The position numbers were made by a program, and so were the translations under genes. Below are positions 7,139 to 16,920 of a DNA stretch of 32,928 bases, one piece after another. Positions within the stretch are counted from its first letter, which is position 1. The number at the start of each line of letters is the position of its first letter. The notes under the pieces were generated by a model. It made no database searches. It was not told the origin of the DNA and saw nothing but the letters and a program-made list of their open reading frames with translations. This DNA is from a virus (Duplodnaviria > Caudoviricetes), in IMG/VR virus record IMGVR_UViG_3300017912_004314, positions 1 through 32,928 of that record, one strand, 5' to 3'.

Positions 7139-8742
7139 TGGCTATTGAAGATAGAGATTATAAAGATGCATTAGCTAAACACGAAGCTGAAATTCGTAGT
7201 ATGGAAAGAAGTTTATCTTCTTTTGGAAGGATGCAAGAATCTTTAGTAGCAACACAAAAAGAACTTTACAGTAAAAGTACAGCAACCATCACAAACAAAC
7301 TTGATGATCTTAAAGGAGCTTTTACCAAATCAAATACACAAAAAGCAGCAACTACGTCATCAAACAATGACAAGAAAATTGAAGATTCAAAAGACGAAAA
7401 TGAATCTTACTTTAAAAAACTAATCAATAAAATAGATGAAAGATTTCCAAAACTTGAACTTGGTGGTAGAACAAAAGGAATGGAAAATAGAGCAAGAAAA
7501 ATGCAAGAGTCTTTCTATAAAAGTTTTAAAGAGTTACCAGGAAAACTTTCAAAAAGTATATCAAAAGGAATAGGTAAAATTTTTAGTCCTATTTTGAAAA
7601 CCTTTAATGCTATTAAAGATGCAGGAATAAAAGGAATATTATTAGCATTAGTAGGTGCTTCGTTCATAAAATTCTTAGAAGGTATACAAAAAGCATCTGA
7701 ATGGTTTGGAAACAATCCTTCTTTTGGTGAAATGTTAGCATCAGGATTATCAAATTTGATTGGTTTCTTTACAGGCGCTAGTGATGAAGAAAGAAAAAAA
7801 ATGGCTGAAAATATAGTTAACTTCTTTAATGAAGTTGGAGATTTTTTCAAAAAGCAAGCCGAAAGTTTTAAGAAGATAAAAGATGCAGAAGGATTTTTTG
7901 GAACATTGAAAGCAATGTTTGAAGAGTTTCCTGTGTTAACTGGAATAATAGGATTAATAGCTTTTGGAGCAGCATATAAATATATAAGAGCAGTAAGAGG
8001 TTTGTTTAATTTTTTTAAAACTTCTAAAGTTCCAAAACCAGATGCTAAAAATTTAAAAACTGATAGAACAAAAAATACAAACATTAACAAAACTGAAAAA
8101 ACTCAAACTAGTCAACAAAAACCTAAACCTAACATAAAATCATATCCTGCAGGTACAACTATTGATGGAAAAAAAGTTGGTGGTCAAACATATAATGCTA
8201 ATAAACCAGCTCCTAAAGGATTGCAAATGGGTAAAGTAAATCCTATAGTTGATGCTGCTAAAAACACTGCAAAAAATACAGCTACCAGCACTGTTAGTAG
8301 ATCAGTAGCTAATTCAATGTTGAGAAAAGTTGGAGCAGGAGCTCTTGGAATGTTAATTCCTGGAGCAGGTTGGGTTATGACAGCTGCAATGATTGCTTCG
8401 TTAGGATATGATGCATACACACTTGCTAAAAATACAGAAACAGGTCAAAGTTTTTTAAGTGGAATGAAAAACTTTTACAATGAAAACATTGCTGGACCTA
8501 AAGGTCAGATAGGTAAAACAGAAGATGCTAACAATGGTAATAAAATTACAAAACCTGATGATAGTTTAGTAAACGCAGTTAAAAAAATGAATGAAAATAA
8601 TAATGCAGGAACAAATATCACAACTCCTGTAGTTACAACTAATAATGTAACTAATAATACATTAGCAAAAAGTGATATTAAAGTTTACACTAATAGTGCC
8701 GGCAAAGGACCTTATTCAATGGTACCTCAAGGTGGGTTTTAA
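7138..8742 (+). CDS. Probable tape measure protein (gp29-like)
   Basis: 534 aa, helical/coiled N-terminus, several Gly/Ala-rich hydrophobic segments, Asn/Thr-rich C-terminus; position directly after gp26/gp51. Confidence 0.65.
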   Translation: MAIEDRDYKDALAKHEAEIRSMERSLSSFGRMQESLVATQKELYSKSTATITNKLDDLKGAFTKSNTQKAATTSSNNDKKIEDSKDENESYFKKLINKIDERFPKLELGGRTKGMENRARKMQESFYKSFKELPGKLSKSISKGIGKIFSPILKTFNAIKDAGIKGILLALVGASFIKFLEGIQKASEWFGNNPSFGEMLASGLSNLIGFFTGASDEERKKMAENIVNFFNEVGDFFKKQAESFKKIKDAEGFFGTLKAMFEEFPVLTGIIGLIAFGAAYKYIRAVRGLFNFFKTSKVPKPDAKNLKTDRTKNTNINKTEKTQTSQQKPKPNIKSYPAGTTIDGKKVGGQTYNANKPAPKGLQMGKVNPIVDAAKNTAKNTATSTVSRSVANSMLRKVGAGALGMLIPGAGWVMTAAMIASLGYDAYTLAKNTETGQSFLSGMKNFYNENIAGPKGQIGKTEDANNGNKITKPDDSLVNAVKKMNENNNAGTNITTPVVTTNNVTNNTLAKSDIKVYTNSAGKGPYSMVPQGGF

Positions 8743-9302
8743 CTTTTTCTTGTTGGTCTAGGTCTTTTAGGTTTAGTTTTCATGGCCTTAAAAATACTTT
8801 GAAACTTTGGTTTTTTGCTTTTCTTACTTTCTTTAAGTAAAACAGTCTTACTAGTTTCCCAATTCAATATACCCATATTTTTTAAAGTGTCTTCAGTCCA
8901 AATTTCAAATTTAAATTTGTTGTCTTTAGACACTTCTGTTGCTTTGTGCCACTTAGCCATGTTAACTGTATATGTTAACATTTCGTTTAAATATTTGTGT
9001 CCTGGTTTACCTTTAGGTTTGGCTGGTTTTTCTGTTTGAACTTTTGGTTTTACTTCAACAACTTTAACATGACCATTTTTAAACTTTATGTAAAAGTCAG
9101 GATAATATTTGTATCTTCTTTTATGTAAAGGATGTTCGTATGGAATTGCTATCTCTTCAGATGCCCATTCAACAACATTCTCATTAAGATCCAACCATCT
9201 CATTACATTTCTTTCCCAATGAGATCTGTATGTAATGTCGTTTTTATCACCTACATACTTTTGTGGATTCTTAATATCAGTAAATTTTCCCTTGTGATAC
9301 AT
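8739..9302 (-). CDS. 4: Head completion nuclease gp4 (TnsA-like endonuclease fold)
   Basis: KGKF...NP.KY.GD...I.YRS.WE...M.W.D....V..W.SEEI.IPY, YYPDF, VEVKP..QT and N.AKW motifs; basic C-terminal extension. Confidence 0.93.
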   Translation of the reverse strand: MYHKGKFTDIKNPQKYVGDKNDITYRSHWERNVMRWLDLNENVVEWASEEIAIPYEHPLHKRRYKYYPDFYIKFKNGHVKVVEVKPKVQTEKPAKPKGKPGHKYLNEMLTYTVNMAKWHKATEVSKDNKFKFEIWTEDTLKNMGILNWETSKTVLLKESKKSKKPKFQSIFKAMKTKPKRPRPTRKS

Positions 9303-9329
9303 ATAAATACCCTATATAAAATATTTATA
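9302..9329. promoter_or_regulatory. Face-to-face late promoters for divergent gp48 (+) and gp4 (-)
   Basis: TATAAATA on + at 9302-9309 and TATAAATA on - at 9322-9329, at the 37-bp intergenic gap. Confidence 0.8.
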
Positions 9330-9339
9330 AGGAAACTCA

Positions 9340-10272
9340 ATGCCAGCAGGTATATATACATTTCCAAGCAAAGGTCTTGGTGTTGAAAATGAAATTCCTG
9401 GCTCTATACAAATTATAGCTAGAAATGTAGAATTTGGTATGACATCTACTGTAAAAAGACCATCCACTTTAAGAGGTGGATCAAGTGTTGGTACTGAAAA
9501 CATTACAACCAAGCCTGATAGAATTAGAACTGAAGCATACATAAATTTACCTATGCCACAAAATTTATTATATGCTCAATCAGCTTCTTATAATCAAGGT
9601 CAAACTGTAGGTGCTTCAGTAGCAACTACAGCAACTGCTTTACAGGAATCTGCATTAGATGATACTTTAGGTAACAAAGCCAAAAATATAATAGGTGGTA
9701 TAGTTTCTGATATAGCTAGAGAAATAGCTTCTACACCTTTACAATTAGCAAAAGGTATTGTAGCCAATCCATTTACATTTACATTATTTGGTAAAATGGA
9801 ACATAGAACATTTAATTATAGTTGGGTATTTTTGCCAAGGAATGAAATAGAATCGCAAGAAATAAAAGCTATATGTGATGCATTATCTTATTATCAGTTA
9901 CCAGGAAGAAATGATTCTAGTTTTTTACAAATGCTAGACATACCATTACATTTTGATATAAAATATTTATGGGGAAATAGTTTAAACAGATATTTAGAAC
10001 AACCTAAAAGATGTGTGCTTACAAATATAAATGTAAACTATGGTGGAGCAACTAGAGCTCAAAGGCACATAGATGGAGCTCCAATAGAAGTAGGTTTAGA
10101 TTTAACTTTTATTGAAGTTGAACCACTAATAAGAAACAAGATAGGAACTAGTGGATCAACTATTACAGGAGGAGATAAATTTAATCCTGATGCTATGGCT
10201 GAAGCCAAAACTAAGTTAGGTAATTTAAACAATAGAGTTGTAAATGCTGATATGGGAGATCAAGACGTATGA
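9340..10272 (+). CDS. 48: Baseplate tail-tube cap gp48
   Basis: I.LPMP..L, NPF...LF.....RTF.YSW.F.PRN..E...I..I, P..F.I.Y, CVLT.I.VNY and L.LTF.E.E motifs. Confidence 0.88.
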   Translation: MPAGIYTFPSKGLGVENEIPGSIQIIARNVEFGMTSTVKRPSTLRGGSSVGTENITTKPDRIRTEAYINLPMPQNLLYAQSASYNQGQTVGASVATTATALQESALDDTLGNKAKNIIGGIVSDIAREIASTPLQLAKGIVANPFTFTLFGKMEHRTFNYSWVFLPRNEIESQEIKAICDALSYYQLPGRNDSSFLQMLDIPLHFDIKYLWGNSLNRYLEQPKRCVLTNINVNYGGATRAQRHIDGAPIEVGLDLTFIEVEPLIRNKIGTSGSTITGGDKFNPDAMAEAKTKLGNLNNRVVNADMGDQDV

Positions 10273-10934
10273 GTTATTTCAATGAATTTCCATATACTGA
10301 ATATACTTTTCCTAACAATGAATCTAAACTTGTAAAAAACATTTCTTTTAAACCGGAGATAATTGAAAAAGTCAAACAAGAAAGATCTGCTTTTGAAACT
10401 TACATTTTACAAGATGGTGATACAGTAGAATTAGTTGCACATAAACTATATAATGATATAAACTTACATTGGGCTGTAATGATATCAAATGACATGGTAA
10501 GTCCTTATTTTGATTTTCCTTTATCAACTACACAATTTGATGAATTTATATTTCAAAAATATAAAAATCAAACTGACTCAGATGGTAATTCTGTTACTTT
10601 ATCTAGATCTGATACATTGGCATTTACACAATTTGTTGGAACAGCAACAAATAATTACAATACATTAATAGGTGGTGTAACAGCAAAGCCACATCATTTT
10701 ATAGACTCTAACAAAAATAGATACTCATATGATTATGTAGTTAACAATCCTACAAAAGCGAATGCATTTAACAGATTAGAATCAGACAATATTAATACTT
10801 TTCCTATAGTGTCTCCTGTATCAATATATGATGAAGAACAAGCATTGAACGAAGGAAAAAGAGCTATACTTGTTTTAAAAGCTAGTTTTGTTAATCAAAT
10901 AAAGAATGAATTTCAAAGGTTATTAAATGAGTGA
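10269..10934 (+). CDS. 53: Baseplate wedge protein gp53 (LysM-like)
   Basis: MSYF..FP...Y, Y...DGD..E.VA.KLY.D..LHW.V...N, HH and S.Y..E...NE.KR.I motifs. Confidence 0.92.
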   Translation: MSYFNEFPYTEYTFPNNESKLVKNISFKPEIIEKVKQERSAFETYILQDGDTVELVAHKLYNDINLHWAVMISNDMVSPYFDFPLSTTQFDEFIFQKYKNQTDSDGNSVTLSRSDTLAFTQFVGTATNNYNTLIGGVTAKPHHFIDSNKNRYSYDYVVNNPTKANAFNRLESDNINTFPIVSPVSIYDEEQALNEGKRAILVLKASFVNQIKNEFQRLLNE

Positions 10935-12207
10935 GTATGCTGGATCATACAAATTAAAATCTGTTAATATTTTTTCCAATAAAAACAAATCTGATATTAT
11001 TGGAATGATATCAGAAATCAATATTTTTTCATACATAGAACAACCATCAACAACTGTAATGATTACTATGAATGATTCTACTAATTTTTTAAATGACTAT
11101 CCTATAAAAGGAGGTCAAGAAATTGAAATAGAAGTTGAGTTTGGTTTTGAAAATAGAAAGTGGAAAGTAACTATAGCAGCTATTGAAAATATAAACTCTG
11201 ATCTAAAAACAACAGTATATAATTTAAGATGTGTTTCTAAACTTCTATTTAGATCACATTATACAAATGTATCAAAATCATATAGTGGAAAAGTATCAGA
11301 TATAGCTAAATCAATTTTTAACGAATACAAAAGTGATGATGAAAAAATAAGAATTTGGCAAGATTCATCAAACAGTAGTTCTTATGTAATTCCTGGTTGG
11401 TCACCAGTTCAAACAATAATGTGGTTAGCTCAAAAATCAAGAGCTAAAAATACAGATACTAGATTTAAATTTTTTCAAGATTCATTCTTAACTTTTAATT
11501 TTTTACCTTTAGAAAGTTTAAATGAATTATACAAGGATAATGAAATACAAACCTTTTATCATAATGTGATAAAAACTCAAGGTGTAGAAAGAACAAAAAG
11601 AGAAATGATGGAAATCTTAGAATATAGTTTAAATGATACTAACAATATATTAGAAGGTTTTAATAATGGTTTTCTTTCGGGACAATTGTTTGAATATAAT
11701 ACAACATCTAAGAGATCAAATAATATTACATACAATTATTATAATGATTTTGAAAATTATAAAGAAGAAACAACTAATAAGAGACCTCTTTGGAGAAAGA
11801 ACGATTTATCAAATACATTTATTGATGACTCTATAGGAAGTGGTTTACAAATAGAACAAATTTCAAGATTTAGAGATGATAAACTTGTAGATACAAGTGA
11901 AGCATTAGACAGATCAAGACTAATCAATAGTTTTTTCAATTTAAGTAATAACATGATTACAATTCAAATAAAAGGTAACAATGTTACTGATATTGGACAA
12001 ATTATTAAATTAGAATTTCCAAAAATTAAACCAGCAATAAAAGGTGATATGGTTGATAAACACATATCAGGTAGATATTTAGTTGTAGGCAAAAGACAAC
12101 AGTTTGGACCTAGAGATAATATTATTTCATTAGATGTAATAAGAGATTCAACAATGTTAGATAGTAGTTATAGTGGTAATGAATTAATGGGCGGAGAAGA
12201 AGTATGA
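10927..12207 (+). CDS. Baseplate hub protein (gp27/late-control-D-like)
   Basis: Lies between gp53 and gp5; VSKSYSG..S.I, IP.W.P...I.WL, G.....G..I.L..P and SGRYLV motifs. Confidence 0.75.
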   Translation: MSEYAGSYKLKSVNIFSNKNKSDIIGMISEINIFSYIEQPSTTVMITMNDSTNFLNDYPIKGGQEIEIEVEFGFENRKWKVTIAAIENINSDLKTTVYNLRCVSKLLFRSHYTNVSKSYSGKVSDIAKSIFNEYKSDDEKIRIWQDSSNSSSYVIPGWSPVQTIMWLAQKSRAKNTDTRFKFFQDSFLTFNFLPLESLNELYKDNEIQTFYHNVIKTQGVERTKREMMEILEYSLNDTNNILEGFNNGFLSGQLFEYNTTSKRSNNITYNYYNDFENYKEETTNKRPLWRKNDLSNTFIDDSIGSGLQIEQISRFRDDKLVDTSEALDRSRLINSFFNLSNNMITIQIKGNNVTDIGQIIKLEFPKIKPAIKGDMVDKHISGRYLVVGKRQQFGPRDNIISLDVIRDSTMLDSSYSGNELMGGEEV

Positions 12208-13616
12208 GTTATTTTGGCGACACATTTAAATGGTTTATTGGAGTTGTTGAAGATAGAAATGATCCAAGCGAACTTGGAAGAGTTAAAGTAAGATGTCATG
12301 GTCTTCATACAGATGACAAAACTTTAATACCAACTAAAGATCTTCCTTGGGCTCAGGTAATGATGCCTGTTACTTCTGCAAGTGTTGGAGGTATTGGAGA
12401 ATCACCAACAGGTATAGTTCATGGATCTACTGTTGTTGGTTTTTTCACAGATGGTGTAAGTATGCAACAACCATTTGTAATTGGAACTTTTCATGGAATG
12501 AATAAAGTAAAACCTGATTTTGAAAAAGGTTTTAGTGATCCAAACGAACAACATCCAGTAAGAGTTGGAGAAGTAGGAATTGCAAGTGATAATGACTTAC
12601 CTCATAACTCTCAAAGACTTCAATACAAAAAAACAGATAATTTTACTAAAAGATTAAATGATAGAGTTGAAAATGTAGACACAGCTTCACCTCCTAAAGT
12701 TTCATCTGTAGCACAAGATAAAGATAATTTATATTATGAAAAAGAAACTTGGGACGAACCTTTACCTTACAATGGAGGATCACCTAGATTTCCTTACAAC
12801 AAAGTATTAGAATCAGAAAGAGGTCACATTAAAGAAATAAATGATACTCCGGGATCGGAGAGTTTATTAGATTATCATAAATCAGGAACATTTGAAGAAG
12901 TAATAGCTGATGGAACAAAAACTGTTAGAGTTAAAGGAGATAACTATACAGTAGTATTCAAAGATAATAATATGTTAGTTCAAGGTGATATGAACATGAC
13001 TATTAAAAAAGATTTAAGAGTTAAAGTTGAAGGTAATTATCATTTGGAAGTTGATGGAAACTATACTGAAAATATACATGGTGAAAAACAAGTTAAAATA
13101 TCTAACTCATATAATTTAGAAGTTGATCAAGATTACGTACAAAACATAGGTGAAGACTATGAGACTAGGATAAATGGTAATGAAGCTAGACATGTTGTTG
13201 GAGACAGAAGAAGTATTATTAATAGAACTGATTCAGTTAATATAGACAGTGATTATCAAGTATTTGTTAATAATACAATTAATACATTTAGTGTTAATAG
13301 AAATGTAACAGCAACATTAGATGAATATAAAGTTATGTCTGAAAAAGATATAACTGTTGAAACACCTGCTAGTATGATAACAGAAGTAGATACTAACGTA
13401 ACTACTACTATAGGAGGAAATGTAACTGAAACTGTAACAGGTAATGTTACAGAAAATACAACTGGTACATATGCTAAAACTGTTACCGGAGCAGGTACAA
13501 TTACAATGGAAAACAATGGAAGTGAAGTTAAAGCAAAAACAATTACACTTACAGGTCATACACATACTGACCCTGCAGGAGTAGCTGGAGGTCAAACTTC
13601 AACACCAAACAATTAG
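12204..13616 (+). CDS. 5: Central spike gp5 (OB-fold plus beta-helix, no lysozyme domain, C-terminal HxH)
   Basis: WFIGVVEDRNDP..LGRVKVRC.G.H, LPWA, V.GFF.DG...Q.P..IG, P.NKV.ES..GH..E..DTPG.E, V.G octapeptide repeats and terminal GHTH. Confidence 0.93.
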   Translation: MSYFGDTFKWFIGVVEDRNDPSELGRVKVRCHGLHTDDKTLIPTKDLPWAQVMMPVTSASVGGIGESPTGIVHGSTVVGFFTDGVSMQQPFVIGTFHGMNKVKPDFEKGFSDPNEQHPVRVGEVGIASDNDLPHNSQRLQYKKTDNFTKRLNDRVENVDTASPPKVSSVAQDKDNLYYEKETWDEPLPYNGGSPRFPYNKVLESERGHIKEINDTPGSESLLDYHKSGTFEEVIADGTKTVRVKGDNYTVVFKDNNMLVQGDMNMTIKKDLRVKVEGNYHLEVDGNYTENIHGEKQVKISNSYNLEVDQDYVQNIGEDYETRINGNEARHVVGDRRSIINRTDSVNIDSDYQVFVNNTINTFSVNRNVTATLDEYKVMSEKDITVETPASMITEVDTNVTTTIGGNVTETVTGNVTENTTGTYAKTVTGAGTITMENNGSEVKAKTITLTGHTHTDPAGVAGGQTSTPNN

Positions 13617-13624
13617 AGGTATGA

Positions 13625-16015
13625 ATGCCATTACTTTGTGGTAAAAATTTAGAACAAGAATCTATAAAAGATGTACAGAATGAAATGAAAGATTTCATGA
13701 AGTTAGGTCGTGCTAAATTAGCAAACATAAAACAAAGTAATTTAGCAAAACAATTAGATGTTAATAAATTAAAAACAGTACCTAAAAAACTTAAAGAGGT
13801 TACAATAACTGGATATACAAATATAGTTACTATCCCTGAAGATACATATTTGATAGCTACAGTTTATGGAAAGAAACCAGGATCTGGACAAAAGTTTTTA
13901 ATTTTAGATTATGTTTATGATAAACCAAACAACACTGTTTCTACAAAAGAAAAAGTATCTGAACTTATTGTAACAGTAGCAGTCCCAGATGGAGCTCAAG
14001 AAATAAATTTACAAGAAGAAATAGGTAAGTTACAAGGAACAACAGATGTTAATTCATTTTTAGAAAAAGCACAAGAAATACAATTAAAGTTTGGTTCTGC
14101 TACTCCAGCTCCAGATACAGCTGATGTAACAGAATCAGTTGAAAATAGTTCTACTATTAATTTAAGTGATAAACCAATTAATATTTTAAAAGTTAATGTT
14201 ATGAAACAAGGAACAAATTGGTTTGGAGGTACTAATAGTTACAGACTTGATGATACTGTTGTATCTTTATATGTACCTGGTGAACCAAACAAACCATATG
14301 TAGCAAAAAAAATTAAAGTGAAATATACTGTTCCAGGTACAAGTTCTGTAGCAATGGGTACAAAAGGTAATTTTGACATAAATCAAATACTAGCTAAAGT
14401 TACAAAAGATAAAAATTTTACAACCAACGATTTAAAATCATTGGACAATGCTAAAATAAAAGGGCTCGTGGGTTCATATGAAAAAGACATTGCAAAAGGA
14501 TTAAACAATTTAGACACATCAACTATGGGTAAAGAAGAAAGAGATTTACTTAATCAATTTAAAGGTGGCATAGGAAGTGATGGAAAATTAAATTTAAGCA
14601 ATCTTGACACTGACAAAATTTTTGGTTCAGCTAACAAAATAGCTAGTATTCAATCAAAAGGTAAAGTTGAAGAACAAGCTGTTAATAAATTATTAAAAGG
14701 AGATTTAGTTGGAGCTTTTCAAGAAGGTAGAAAATTAAGCACAATGGGTGGATCAAAATTTCCTGGAGTACCAAGCTCTTTTGACTTAACTAAAAACACT
14801 GATCCCACTTCTGCTTTAACTGGTTTGTTAAATTTACAAACTGCAAGTCCAAGTGTAAGTACATTAACAACTGTTGAATATTCTGAAACTGCTGTTGGCA
14901 ATACTGTTAAATTTGTTACATTAACAAAACCAATAGTAAGTATTATATCTGTTGAAGGAAATAGAGCTGGAACTAATGTTTTTTCAAATGTATCATTTAC
15001 AAAAAATCAAAATACAATAACAACCACAAATAGTTATAAACGAATAAAAGTAACTTATAAAACTCCTGCTCCCAAAATAAAACCAGGTGAGGCTTTTGGA
15101 GAAAGAAAAATAGATACTTGTAAAGATATTCCTGAAATAAAAGTTGTTATTCAAGATTTTAAAAAAGAAGATTTGCTTGCTGGTAAAACTATAAGTGATT
15201 TTACTACAGTACAACAATTAAGTAAACCAAAAAAAGTACCTGAAACTAAACCAAAAGCTATTGCAATAGAAAAGCCAACATTAAATTTAAATGCAAAATC
15301 ACCATACAGCGAAATTGGAATTACACTTGAAGAAAAAGAATTTTTTGAAAAAACTGTAACATATTTTGAATCATTAATTGATAATTTTTATCAACCAGAA
15401 GTAAGTAAACTTGAATCAGAAATAAAGGCTTATCAAGAAAAACCAGAATATAAAAAAATATACAATATTCAAAGAGCTAACAATAATAAAGATGCAGAAA
15501 CTTTATTAAGCGAAGGTAAAATAACACCTGAAGATATGAAAGTGTTAGTAGAAATTCAAGATGAGAATGAAAGATATTTAGATCTTACTTTTAGTTTTAC
15601 TGACGGAAAACAATATCCTGATCAAGGAATAATACAGACCGTTGCTGATTTCACAGGTGCTTTATCAAATGCTAATGTACTTATTGCGGTAACAAAAATT
15701 TGTTTACAAGGAGATGATAAATCTCTTGCGGCAAAGTTTCAAAAAGATTTAGATGATGCAAACAAAATTATTCAAAAAATAACTCCAGTATTTGATAATG
15801 CTAACTTTACAAAAGAAGACACTGAAAATCTCGAAAAAATAATTCCTATTGTTACTTTTAGAGGACCTCCAAAGGGTTTTGCTAGTGTAGAAGAAGCAAC
15901 TAAAGCAAGAAGTGCCTTTATAAAACATTTCTTTGAAGGAGAAAGATTAAATCAAAAGACTATTGATTTAATAAATGATAAACAAGTAATTGAAAATATA
16001 ATACCAATTAACTAA
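13625..16015 (+). CDS. Large hypothetical (probably virion) protein with three dispersed beta-rich repeats
   Basis: 796-aa ORF with SD GAGG, co-oriented after gp5; internal repeats visible. Confidence 0.75.
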   Translation: MPLLCGKNLEQESIKDVQNEMKDFMKLGRAKLANIKQSNLAKQLDVNKLKTVPKKLKEVTITGYTNIVTIPEDTYLIATVYGKKPGSGQKFLILDYVYDKPNNTVSTKEKVSELIVTVAVPDGAQEINLQEEIGKLQGTTDVNSFLEKAQEIQLKFGSATPAPDTADVTESVENSSTINLSDKPINILKVNVMKQGTNWFGGTNSYRLDDTVVSLYVPGEPNKPYVAKKIKVKYTVPGTSSVAMGTKGNFDINQILAKVTKDKNFTTNDLKSLDNAKIKGLVGSYEKDIAKGLNNLDTSTMGKEERDLLNQFKGGIGSDGKLNLSNLDTDKIFGSANKIASIQSKGKVEEQAVNKLLKGDLVGAFQEGRKLSTMGGSKFPGVPSSFDLTKNTDPTSALTGLLNLQTASPSVSTLTTVEYSETAVGNTVKFVTLTKPIVSIISVEGNRAGTNVFSNVSFTKNQNTITTTNSYKRIKVTYKTPAPKIKPGEAFGERKIDTCKDIPEIKVVIQDFKKEDLLAGKTISDFTTVQQLSKPKKVPETKPKAIAIEKPTLNLNAKSPYSEIGITLEEKEFFEKTVTYFESLIDNFYQPEVSKLESEIKAYQEKPEYKKIYNIQRANNNKDAETLLSEGKITPEDMKVLVEIQDENERYLDLTFSFTDGKQYPDQGIIQTVADFTGALSNANVLIAVTKICLQGDDKSLAAKFQKDLDDANKIIQKITPVFDNANFTKEDTENLEKIIPIVTFRGPPKGFASVEEATKARSAFIKHFFEGERLNQKTIDLINDKQVIENIIPIN

Positions 16016-16025
16016 GGAGAGTTTA

Positions 16026-16475
16026 ATGCTTACATTATTATCATCATTACTGGGTTTCGGTACCAGCTTTGTTCCAAAATTATTAGAATTTTGGCAAGAC
16101 AAATCCGATAAAGCACAAGAGTTAAAAATTATGGCTCTTCAAATTGAAAGAGAAGAAAAAATGTTAGCAGCTAAAGCTGAAATGATGGAAGCTGCAAATG
16201 ATATGCAAAGAGATGTTGCTTTGTTGAATCATGATATAGAAACTTCTAAGAATGCATCAAAATGGGTGCATAATTTAAGATCAACTGTAAGACCAATAAT
16301 AACATATCTATTTTTTGTATTGTTCTTCTTCGTTGAAGGTGTTGCTGCATATGTAGTATTAAGAGATGGTGGAGATATTTCTGTAATAGCAAACACATTG
16401 TGGTCAGAAGAAACATCTTCAATATTTGCTGCTATTGTTAGTTTTTGGTTTGGTTCTAGAGCTATAAAGAAATAA
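16026..16475 (+). CDS. Holin (GTA-type 3TM holin family-like)
   Basis: N-terminal amphipathic helix, W...LR..VRP.ITY + TM, C-terminal I.SFWFGSR..KK; directly precedes a lysozyme; SD AAGGAG. Confidence 0.8.
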   Translation: MLTLLSSLLGFGTSFVPKLLEFWQDKSDKAQELKIMALQIEREEKMLAAKAEMMEAANDMQRDVALLNHDIETSKNASKWVHNLRSTVRPIITYLFFVLFFFVEGVAAYVVLRDGGDISVIANTLWSEETSSIFAAIVSFWFGSRAIKK

Positions 16476-16476
16476 A

Positions 16477-16920
16477 ATGAATATAAGTGATAACTGTATA
16501 ACTTTAATCAAGCACCACGAAGGTGTCAGAAATATGCCATATCAAGATCCAATTGGATTATGGACTGTTGGAGTAGGACACCTTATGGGAAATGGTAAAG
16601 TAAGACCAAAAGATTGGAATAGAAGAAGATCAAACGAAGAAGTAGATCAATTGCTTCGAAGCGACATAAGAAGATTTGAAAATGGAGTAGAATCTTTAAT
16701 TAATGTTAAACTAAATCAAAATCAATTTGATGCATTAGTATGTTTTGCATTTAATGTTGGTTTAGGAAACTTACAAGCTAGTACATTAAGAAGGAAATTG
16801 AACAGAGGTGACTATGAAGGTGCTGCTAATGAATTTCCAAAATGGAGAAGAGCTGGTGGTAGAGTTTTAAAAGGTTTAGTTAAAAGACGTAATGATGAAA
16901 GAGTTTTATTCTTAAGTTAA
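16477..16920 (+). CDS. GH24 phage lysozyme (endolysin)
   Basis: Catalytic E-x8-D-x5-T in HEGVRNMPYQDPIGLWTVGVGH; QNQFDALV.FAFNVG and GL..RR..ER.LF motifs. Confidence 0.96.
   Translation: MNISDNCITLIKHHEGVRNMPYQDPIGLWTVGVGHLMGNGKVRPKDWNRRRSNEEVDQLLRSDIRRFENGVESLINVKLNQNQFDALVCFAFNVGLGNLQASTLRRKLNRGDYEGAANEFPKWRRAGGRVLKGLVKRRNDERVLFLS

Noticed and set aside
7515-8420. Antisense ORFs in the track (e.g. 7515-8090, 8184-8420, 13256-13595, 20082-20645, 21908-22414, 26503-26793, 29089-30033, 31311-31622)
   Set aside because: They are shadows of long sense genes, with codon-mirror composition, no SD and no recognisable motifs.
8739-9302. TnsA-like endonuclease suggesting a Tn7 element or homing endonuclease
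   Set aside because: Motifs and position match core gene gp4; no transposon ends or tnsBC.
13380-13500. GTAACT/GGAAAT-like short nucleotide repeats in gp5
   Set aside because: Explained by the V.GN.TE octapeptide beta-helix repeats; not a CRISPR or DGR repeat.
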